NCBI RefSeq assembly: GCF_018336915.1 | Contig: NZ_CP064925.1 | Coordinates: 120,001 to 152,000 of the forward strand | Reading direction: 5' to 3' | Length of the DNA: 32,000 nt | Source of the DNA: Acaryochloris marina S15 | GTDB taxonomy: Bacteria; Cyanobacteriota; Cyanobacteriia; Thermosynechococcales; Thermosynechococcaceae | Part shown: positions 25,083 through 32,000 of the stretch, one piece after another | Numbering within the stretch: the first letter of the stretch is position 1 | How the letters are laid out: every line of letters starts with the position of its first letter | Notes under the pieces: generated by a model | What the model was told of the DNA's origin: nothing | The model's input: only the letters and a program-made list of their open reading frames with translations | The model's database searches: none | Translations under genes and position numbers: made by a program

Positions 25083-25700
25083 ATGTATGCCCCCACTGAC
25101 AAGCGTGGTCAGCAGAAGCTTGCTATTACGCTCAACCTTGTTCCGAATACCCCAGCCCTTCCTGTGGGTACCTATTCCCTGATCGTGGCTGATCCACCGT
25201 GGAGCTATCACCTCAGAGAATCTGACAAAACCCATCGGGGGCGGTGCCCTTATCCCTCGATGACCGATGAGGAAATCATGGCGATGCCTGTGAGTTCGAT
25301 TGCGGCTCAAGATTCTTATCTGTTGTTGTGGACGACAAACAACCACCTACCTTTGGCCTTCAAAGTCATGGAGTTATGGGGGTTTGAGTACAAGGCACTT
25401 CATACGTGGGTCAAAGTCACACGAGACAGGTCCAAGATCCGATACGGTATCGGACACTATGGGCGAAATTGCACCGAACAAATTTTGGTAGGCCGCAAAG
25501 GTAAGGCCAAAACCTTTACTGCTCTCGGACTGACCAATATTCCCACTGCATTCCAGGCTCCCCTTGGTCAGCACTCTCAGAAGCCAGAAGAGTTTTACCA
25601 GATGGCAGATCGGCTAGGTGATGCCCTCGGTGGTCAGCGGATTGAGTTGTTCTCTCGGTGCCCTCGTCCAGGCTGGGAGAACTGGGGAGCGGAGGCATAG
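25083..25700 (+). CDS. MT-A70-family DNA N6-adenine methyltransferase
   Basis: YSLIVADPPWSY (DPPW catalytic motif), LLLWTTN, and HSQKPEEFY. Confidence 0.9.
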   Translation: MYAPTDKRGQQKLAITLNLVPNTPALPVGTYSLIVADPPWSYHLRESDKTHRGRCPYPSMTDEEIMAMPVSSIAAQDSYLLLWTTNNHLPLAFKVMELWGFEYKALHTWVKVTRDRSKIRYGIGHYGRNCTEQILVGRKGKAKTFTALGLTNIPTAFQAPLGQHSQKPEEFYQMADRLGDALGGQRIELFSRCPRPGWENWGAEA

Positions 25701-25702
25701 CC

Positions 25703-26152
25703 ATGAAAATCCTCACCCTCTGGCAACCGTGGGCAACCTTCATTGCCCTGGACCTCAAGCGCTATGAAACCCGATCATGGGGCACTCGCTACCGAGGCAA
25801 GCTAGCGATTCATGCGGCCAAGCGACCTATCGGTTTAGACGGGCAAGCCATAGTGAGCCAAGTTAATGATCTGACGGGTGGCAAGGTGCCGCGCAAACCA
25901 TGTGATTACCCACTCGGTTGCATTGTGGCAATTGCGGATCTGGTGGACTGTCCCCAGATGGACTCGAAGCTGATCAGCAGACAAACCGAACTGGAGCTGG
26001 CCGTGGGGTGCTGGCAACCTGGGCGCTTTGCATGGCAGTTAGGAAACATCGTTGTACTGCCTGATCCTATTCCCTATCGCGGGAGCCAGGGACTCCGGGA
26101 TGTCCGACCTGATGTACTGAAAATTTTGATGGAGTTAACCAATGGAGAATAG
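25703..26152 (+). CDS. ASCH-domain protein
   Basis: MKILTLWQPWATFIALDLKRYETRSWGTRYRGKLAIHAA fits the ASCH pattern. GGAGG lies upstream, and the gene starts 2 nt after the preceding stop. Confidence 0.8.
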   Translation: MKILTLWQPWATFIALDLKRYETRSWGTRYRGKLAIHAAKRPIGLDGQAIVSQVNDLTGGKVPRKPCDYPLGCIVAIADLVDCPQMDSKLISRQTELELAVGCWQPGRFAWQLGNIVVLPDPIPYRGSQGLRDVRPDVLKILMELTNGE

Positions 26153-26945
26153 CAAGATTGAGTGGACTGCAACTCAAAAACCAGATGGGACATGGGAACC
26201 TGGATACACTTTCAACCCTTGGATCGGCTGCGCCCACATCAGTCCTGGCTGTGCAAATTGCTACGCCGAAACCCTGATGGATAAAAGATATCATCGCGTG
26301 AAGTGGGGTAAGAACGGAACCAGATCGCGCACCTCAGAAACCTATTGGAAGCAACCCCATAAGTGGAATCGCAAAGCTGCGAAGTTCGGGGTCACTAAAA
26401 CTGTGTTCTGCGCGTCTTTAGCCGATGTGTTTGAGGACCGAGATGATCTGATCGATTGGCGATTGGATCTGTTTGATACTGTCATCGACAAAACGCCCAA
26501 CCTAACCTGGCTTCTACTCACCAAGCGGGTAGATGTTGCGGCTAAGTTTTTCCAATTCAGACAAGCAATACCCAACGTCTGGTTGGGCCATAGCATCTGC
26601 ACCCAGCATGAATATGATGTCGTCATTCCCAAGCTAGCAAAGTTGCGGAAGAAAGTTGGTGGGATTTTTCTAAGTTGCGAACCCCTGCTTGAACCCTTGG
26701 ATCTTGGTGATTCTCCCGCGAATTGGATTATTGCCGGGGGTGAATCTGGCCCTGGCGCACGGCCTTGCGATGTGGACTGGATTCGCTCAATTCGGGACCA
26801 ATGCAAGACCGCAGATATACCCGTGTTTATCAAGCAGCTCGGCAGCAAACCCGTGGGTGTTCCCAAACTCCGTTCTGCGAAGGGTGGAGACATTCACGAG
26901 TGGCCTGATGATTTGCGAGTGAGGGAATTTCCAGAGTTTGGATGA
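26142..26945 (+). CDS. DUF5131 (phage Gp37/Gp68 family) protein
   Basis: IEWT...FNPWIGCAHISPGCANCYAE, then LLLTKR, SCEPLL, IIAGGESGPGARP and FIKQLG. It overlaps the ASCH gene by 11 nt. Confidence 0.9.
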   Translation: MENSKIEWTATQKPDGTWEPGYTFNPWIGCAHISPGCANCYAETLMDKRYHRVKWGKNGTRSRTSETYWKQPHKWNRKAAKFGVTKTVFCASLADVFEDRDDLIDWRLDLFDTVIDKTPNLTWLLLTKRVDVAAKFFQFRQAIPNVWLGHSICTQHEYDVVIPKLAKLRKKVGGIFLSCEPLLEPLDLGDSPANWIIAGGESGPGARPCDVDWIRSIRDQCKTADIPVFIKQLGSKPVGVPKLRSAKGGDIHEWPDDLRVREFPEFG

Positions 26946-26960
26946 TGGAGGTGATTGTGG

Positions 26961-27308
26961 ATGCTGAGTGAAGATATAGAGGGTTGGCGAGTGGGTCTAA
27001 AGTCTGAGACTCAAATCGGCCTGGAGTTTCAGACTTTGGAAATATCTGGGCCAGGAAATTTGAAGATTGAGATCCAACGCTTCGTTCTATCAGATGTTGC
27101 CATTGAGGGCTTTGTGAATTTGGAAAAAGAGCCACCACTGTATTACAAATTGGGTTTCTCGTATTTTGAAGTGGCGAACAAATGCAAGGTGTATCTCGAT
27201 TATTATTTTACGGGGGAGCCAGAAGCATATCTGATCGTGGGATGCGCTCATTGGGTGATACCGTGCAAATTCGCACAGAAACTCGTCCATGTTTTCTTGC
27301 TGGGCTAG
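26961..27308 (+). CDS. hypothetical protein (115 aa)
   Basis: GGAGG lies 9 nt before the ATG at 26961. It is the last gene of the coupled run. Confidence 0.45.
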   Translation: MLSEDIEGWRVGLKSETQIGLEFQTLEISGPGNLKIEIQRFVLSDVAIEGFVNLEKEPPLYYKLGFSYFEVANKCKVYLDYYFTGEPEAYLIVGCAHWVIPCKFAQKLVHVFLLG

Positions 27309-27748
27309 GTATTTGCCAATTCAGCACAGTTGACAAAACATGCCCATTTTGTCAGTACAGGAGACGAAAAAATACTGTTCTCAATCTCGTGTTCTGTCTC
27401 AGTCGTCATCAAATTAATCGCTTCCAACACAGTTGATTGAGAAAAGTACACTAAACATCAGCAAAGGTTAGTCTCCCTCCCCCACCGATCAGAAACCCTA
27501 ATCTCCCAATCATTGTAGTACCAAGCCATTCACACTACCCTAGTCACTAGGCAGTGGGACAGACCCACCCAAAGTTTTTCCTCCAAATCCAACCCGCCTA
27601 CGGCTCCAAATCGAGCCTGATTTTTGCTGGCGGTATATTCCCCAAGAGGCAAAGACCTCCCTTTCCGTTTTCTCAATATCAATATGGCCGACTTGGTTGC
27701 ACATGCCAGTCGTGCCTATCCACTATTCGTTCTTAAAGGACAACACTC

Positions 27749-28405
27749 ATGAGATTGATTACAAGCATTCAAGTAAAGCAAGCCGAACACACTGAAGTCA
27801 TCGACACTGCTGCTACCCAAGTGGGCCTAGCTGCAAACAAAGCCTTCCTGTTCGTCATCCGCAAGGAAATCCAAGGCTGGAAAAACCTGACGGCCCTCAT
27901 CTCTTGGGGATTGTCCAAGGTAGAACAAAAGCATGGCCCCATCTTTGAGGAAGTCAAAGGACGTACTGTAGCTGTTTTCCGCAAAGGTTGTCAGCAAGAG
28001 ACGGTGTTCGTACAGGGGCTAATCAAGACCCAGCTCACGGATCGCCTTGATGCCCACTGGGAACTGCACGATAAGGCTATCGACTGGTTCAAGGTCCAGA
28101 CTCAGGCATTCCTGGCCGATAGCCCGGTTGAGGATACTTCTGAGGTTGATGCTGAGGATCAGGCTCCTGATGTTGCGGAAGACCTGGAGGAGCTTGCATC
28201 TGTGGCTGAAGTGGAGGAGCCTATCAGTGAAGTTGAGGAATCCCCTGTCCTTGTCTTCGACCCTGACCCGCTGGATGATGAGCTGGGTGTTCCTCAAAAC
28301 CCGACTCCTGTTGTGGCTAGTGGTGGGGGCAAGCGTCGGACTGCTAAGAAGAAAGTTGAGTCATCGCTGTCTAGCATGATGAGGGAAGAGGCCGCAAAGT
28401 CTTAG
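27749..28405 (+). CDS. hypothetical protein with an acidic C-terminal half
   Basis: A 218-codon ORF with an AAAGGA RBS and an acidic, low-complexity tail (EVDAEDQAPDVAEDLEELASVAEVEEPISEVEE). Confidence 0.55.
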   Translation: MRLITSIQVKQAEHTEVIDTAATQVGLAANKAFLFVIRKEIQGWKNLTALISWGLSKVEQKHGPIFEEVKGRTVAVFRKGCQQETVFVQGLIKTQLTDRLDAHWELHDKAIDWFKVQTQAFLADSPVEDTSEVDAEDQAPDVAEDLEELASVAEVEEPISEVEESPVLVFDPDPLDDELGVPQNPTPVVASGGGKRRTAKKKVESSLSSMMREEAAKS

Positions 28406-28511
28406 CCATGCAACCCCAACTCCCAGCCTCTAGAGAGAACTGGGGGTTAGGGTATCGTGTCAGGTATCCTAATCTCACCAATTGAAAGAAAGCTGTTTTT
28501 CAGCTCATTGC

Positions 28512-28871
28512 TTAGATAGCAGATTTAACAGCTTTTAAAAAATCTTCACGGGTGTAGGGCTTGGTAATGTATTCATCTGCCCCTTGCTTTCTACCCCAGA
28601 GCTTATCTAAATCCTGATTCTTAGTCGTGCAGATAATCACAGGTAATTGCTGAGTCGCTTCGTTCTTCTTTAGACTTCGGCACAACTCAAACCCACTCAT
28701 TTCCGGCATGACCACATCGGTAATGACAAGATCAGGCTTTTGAGTTTCAGCTTTGCTCAACGCATCTTTGGCATCATCTGTGCTGACCACAAGATAACCC
28801 GCTTCTTTTAAATATAGACACATTAGCTTTAGTTCAGCCGGACTATCATCCACTACTAAAACAGTTTTCAC
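28512..28871 (-). CDS. single-domain CheY-like response regulator receiver
   Basis: KTVLVVDDSP...DLVITDVVMPEMSGFELC...PVIICTTK...ADEYITKP. There is no ATG. The GTG at 28871 has GGAG 9 nt upstream; an alternative TTG is at 28886. Confidence 0.9.
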   Translation of the reverse strand: MKTVLVVDDSPAELKLMCLYLKEAGYLVVSTDDAKDALSKAETQKPDLVITDVVMPEMSGFELCRSLKKNEATQQLPVIICTTKNQDLDKLWGRKQGADEYITKPYTREDFLKAVKSAI

Positions 28872-28894
28872 TTGTTGTTTCTCCAATAAAAAAT

Positions 28895-30281
28895 GGCTCT
28901 CCGGTAATTAGCGTGGTGACACCCTACATATAGTGTTTATTCCTTAGTCATCTCCTATGGAATGATCTGAGGAGGTACTTCAGAACGAGAGTGTCATGGA
29001 TAACTCAATTCGCATTCCCCTCAACCTTCCCGATGTTCAAGTTCTAGAGCTATCGAAGACGGAACGAGGGGATTGGCTGATCAAAATTGAGAGTACTCTG
29101 CAAGGAACAACCTGCCACAAATGTGGACATGAGATTACTGACCTTCACTGCCATGATCAGGCTCTTCGAATTCGTCACATGCCATTGTTCGAAGTACCAG
29201 TGTATTTAGAAATTCGGCCCAAGCGCTATCGATGCGGGTATTGCGATGACCATCCCACAACAACTCAACGCTTAGAATGGCATGAACCTCGCAGTCCCAA
29301 TACAAAAGCTTATGAGCATTGGCTTCTGCGTATCCTGATCAACTCAACGGTCTCAGATGTTGCTAGAAAACTAGGCGTTAGTGAAGGTGTCGTCAGTGGC
29401 ATTATTGATCGCTGGATTGCCTGTCAAGTTGACTGGAGCGAATATTTAGACCTCAAGGTTATCGGGATTGACGAGATTTCTCTGAAAAGAGGCCACCGTG
29501 ATTTTGTAGTTTTGATCACGATTCCTACCACAGGCGGAGTAGACATATTGGCAGTTCTGGCTGACCGTAAACAACAGACCGTTGCAAATTTCCTTAAATC
29601 GATTCCCCTTCATTTACGCCAAACCATTGAGCGGGTTTGTACTGATATGTATCAAGGATTTGTCAGTGCAGTCCGTGAACAACTCCCTCAATCCAAAATT
29701 GTCATTGACCGCTTTCATGTGGCCAAAGCCTATCGTAATTGTGCCGATACAGTTCGTAAACGGGAGGTCAAACGTCTACGCCAAGAACTCCCTAAGCAAG
29801 ACTATGACAGTATCAAAGGTGCGATGTGGGCCTTTCGAAAACGGCCTGAGAATCTCCAGGAGTCAGAACAACAGTTGCTTGAGCGAGTGTTTGCTTATTC
29901 TCCTGAGATGAAGCAGGCCTACAAACTCCGAGAGGAATTGACACAGATATTTGAGGGTAGGTACACCAAAAACGGAGCTAAATGTGCCATCCGGGCTTGG
30001 TGTAAACGAGTCCTCAAAAGTGACATCAAGGATTTTGAGAGTTTCCTGATCACTGTCAACAATTGGATGGATGAGATGACCAACTATTTTCTGGAGGGAT
30101 GGACCAGTGGCTTTGTCGAAGGATTTAACAACCGAGTTAAGGTCCTAAAAAGACGATGCTACGGTATTTTCGATATTGAAAGGCTCTTCCAAAGGATTTC
30201 GCTTGATCTCAATGGGTATCAGACTTTTGCCTTGACCTAAACACTATATCTAGCGGCTACCACGCTAATTCCCAGAGAGCC
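28895..30281 (+). mobile_element. ISL3-family insertion sequence (1387 bp), intact
   Basis: Terminal inverted repeats GGCTCTCCGGTAATTAGCGTGGT and ACCACGCTAATTCCCAGAGAGCC. A perfect 8-bp direct duplication TAAAAAAT lies at 28887-28894 and 30282-30289. Confidence 0.9.
28996..30240 (+). CDS. ISL3-family transposase
   Basis: N-terminal zinc finger (CHKCGH...CGYCD), an HTH segment, and a DDE domain (IGIDEISLKRGH.., CTDMYQGF.., GFVEGFNNRVKVLKRRCYG). Confidence 0.95.
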   Translation: MDNSIRIPLNLPDVQVLELSKTERGDWLIKIESTLQGTTCHKCGHEITDLHCHDQALRIRHMPLFEVPVYLEIRPKRYRCGYCDDHPTTTQRLEWHEPRSPNTKAYEHWLLRILINSTVSDVARKLGVSEGVVSGIIDRWIACQVDWSEYLDLKVIGIDEISLKRGHRDFVVLITIPTTGGVDILAVLADRKQQTVANFLKSIPLHLRQTIERVCTDMYQGFVSAVREQLPQSKIVIDRFHVAKAYRNCADTVRKREVKRLRQELPKQDYDSIKGAMWAFRKRPENLQESEQQLLERVFAYSPEMKQAYKLREELTQIFEGRYTKNGAKCAIRAWCKRVLKSDIKDFESFLITVNNWMDEMTNYFLEGWTSGFVEGFNNRVKVLKRRCYGIFDIERLFQRISLDLNGYQTFALT

Positions 30282-30474
30282 TAAAAAATAGAGGTAAGCT
30301 CGTAAACAATGGCTCCACCTGATACATTTAGGGTGCCCTTTTTTTATCTAAGGCTTGCTATTTCTTACGTCGAAAATCCGCCTCCAGTAATGGATGTGTA
30401 CGCGATTGAATAGGCACAAACCTTAGAAAGTGGAGTGAGGCGGTGCTAATATTCTGCTAGCGCGGATTAATCAA

Positions 30475-30897
30475 ATGGTTTGTATCCCAACTCTTTCTCT
30501 CAAGCAATTAGCGATTGTGAGGCTTGCCAAAAAGTATCCTGGTAAGACGATTAAACTGTATTGTGAAATGCCAATCATCAATCATGGTGAACCCTCAACT
30601 GGATATACAGCCGTTATTCAGAAGCTGATTGATTTAAATTTGATTGAAGTTAAGTCCAAACTGATGCATTTTGATTTCTCGCGGTTTCAAAAGAAATCAT
30701 GGGCTAAGTTCAGCGCAGATATAGAGTATCCCTCTATCCTCGTCTGGGAAAGATGGCGAGATAAGTTTATTGCTAGGCAGAAAGGCTCGGAACGTGTAGC
30801 CGTACCTGGGAAAGATTTTGAAGACTTCAGCTATGTGTGGATTCAAGAAATAGGAGTTCAGGTGATTCAACCCAGGGAAGACTCAATCCTCCAGTAG
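30475..30897 (+). CDS. hypothetical protein (140 aa)
   Basis: ORF only; no recognisable motif. Confidence 0.4.
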   Translation: MVCIPTLSLKQLAIVRLAKKYPGKTIKLYCEMPIINHGEPSTGYTAVIQKLIDLNLIEVKSKLMHFDFSRFQKKSWAKFSADIEYPSILVWERWRDKFIARQKGSERVAVPGKDFEDFSYVWIQEIGVQVIQPREDSILQ

Positions 30898-31290
30898 TGC
30901 AACATCTCCAAGTAAAGCCAGGGAGCGGAGCAAAGGCACGGCTTTGCGATGGCGACATTGCCGATCTAGGGTGCGCTAAGCTCTTGCTTGTTTTGGGGCA
31001 CCCACTCTCGCATCATCTCAAGCCCATCATCGACTCAACAGCAGCCCCCGGAACCTGCACTGCGGCGAGCGGTTTTTCTTCCCTTAACATCCTCACTAAC
31101 AACCCCTCATTCCCATTTGCGAATCTCCCTGAGACTTTCCTCTATCCCAGATTCCGGCAAAACTTGGCAGACTCGACCCTAGCGTTGCACCAGATTGGCT
31201 TATTTAGATCAGACTCTTGAAAATCCTTCAGAAAATGTTTGCTGGAGTTACATAATGTAATTTTGAAGTGCTTTCCGTCGGATATCGTGG

Positions 31291-32000
31291 TTAATCCTCA
31301 CCCTCAAGTAGCCTTGTTAACTGCAAGAGAAGTCTTTCCAGTTGCTTTTTCTTTTTGGGATTTTTCCAGATCTTTGACTTTTTAACTTGTTTATAAGCTT
31401 GGTCAATATCCTGCATAAGAGGTCCGCCTTGATTAGGCTTTATGCTTTTTGGGATAAGTTCTTGGACTCTTAGTTTAATTTCAGCGAGAGTTAAGTCATT
31501 TTTTATGGCAGTCTTTAGTAATCGCTGCCTTTTAGGCTTATCTTGAATTCGGGCGATTATACTTCCTTTAGTATATTCTAATTTCCCATCTCTTACTGCA
31601 TTTAAGACATCTGTAGGCCATTTCAGTAAAGGCAGACGATTCCTTACAAAAGATTTCCATGTCATGCCACCTACTGTCTTGAAAATAGTTTCTATTATTT
31701 CTGCCTCCGGTTTACCCGTAACGTTACGGGTAACTTTACCCTTTGCTTCATTATCCATCCGTTGAAGAAGGGCAATTATGGAGTCACGCTTCTGCTGAAG
31801 TTGATAAGACAGCAGATAGAGAATTCCCTCAGTTTCTTCAACTGGATTAAGATCTTCCCTCTGTAAATTTTCAACAAGTGCAAGTTGTATTGCTTCTTCA
31901 TCAGTTAATTCACGAATTGATACTGGGACTTCTTCAAATCCGGCTGATTGTGCAGCACGTAATCTTCTCTCTCCTGCGACTAACTCATACCTATCCTCAG
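31291..32000 (-). CDS. ParB/Spo0J-like N-terminal-domain protein (start beyond the right edge)
   Basis: The frame is open to the window edge. Upstream of the track ORF it reads YELVAGERRLRAAQSAGFEEVPVSIRELTDEEAIQLALVENLQREDLNPVEETEG, which is the ParB box. Confidence 0.85.
   Translation of the reverse strand, partial: EDRYELVAGERRLRAAQSAGFEEVPVSIRELTDEEAIQLALVENLQREDLNPVEETEGILYLLSYQLQQKRDSIIALLQRMDNEAKGKVTRNVTGKPEAEIIETIFKTVGGMTWKSFVRNRLPLLKWPTDVLNAVRDGKLEYTKGSIIARIQDKPKRQRLLKTAIKNDLTLAEIKLRVQELIPKSIKPNQGGPLMQDIDQAYKQVKKSKIWKNPKKKKQLERLLLQLTRLLEGED

Noticed and set aside
30837-31220. 127-aa and 64-aa plus-strand ORFs in the 30.9-31.3 kb gap.
   Set aside because: They are Pro/Ser/Leu-rich, have no RBS, overlap the preceding gene's end, and show no recognisable motif. 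They are left uncalled, and the region may be non-coding or decayed.
1-32000. A search for CRISPR arrays, tRNA, rRNA or tmRNA genes, reverse transcriptases, integrases, and Cas/TnpB-like genes.
   Set aside because: I found no regularly spaced direct repeats, no T-loop/acceptor-like tRNA signatures, and no ORF with the corresponding catalytic motifs. The only tandem or dispersed repeats are the ones reported above.

Overview
This 32-kb window looks cyanobacterial. It contains HIP1 GCGATCGC palindromes, a cyAbrB regulator, a DUF2949-like gene and a short sigma-70 gene, at roughly 47% GC. It may be plasmid- or island-derived. No homology search was run, so every product call rests on motifs I could read in the translations.

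Layout:
- **1-10.3 kb:** housekeeping-type regulators (sigma factor, HU, cyAbrB, PadR, an Nfu_N/HEAT protein) mixed with three diverged copies of an uncharacterised gene family (X, ~160 aa). X is accompanied by a second family (Y, 118 aa) and by a conserved micro-ORF. One Y copy has an intact IS630-family element, with a TA duplication, inserted at its start.
- **10.3-14.3 kb:** a HAD hydrolase, then a 3-kb block bracketed by two diverged direct copies of a ~200-bp element. The block holds a heme-c sensor GGDEF cyclase, a secreted protein and a SnoaL-like protein.
- **14.4-28.4 kb:** an almost entirely plus-strand accessory array with no integrase, structural or replication genes visible. It has two HTH regulators, each divergent from a homologous promoter and leader, driving DUF932 and DUF3768 genes. 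A HAD-IIIA phosphatase and many small unknown genes follow.
- **21.0-27.3 kb (within that array):** a tightly coupled DNA-modification operon with no nuclease: PAPS-reductase-like PP-loop enzyme, C5-MTase, 33-aa micro-ORF, a second divergent PP-loop-like enzyme, MT-A70 MTase, ASCH and DUF5131/Gp37-Gp68. This is my best candidate for a novel system.
- **28.5-32 kb:** a CheY-like receiver whose upstream region is interrupted by an ISL3 element (8-bp TSD), one unknown gene, and a partial ParB-like gene at the right edge.

I recognised no rRNA, tRNA or CRISPR array.
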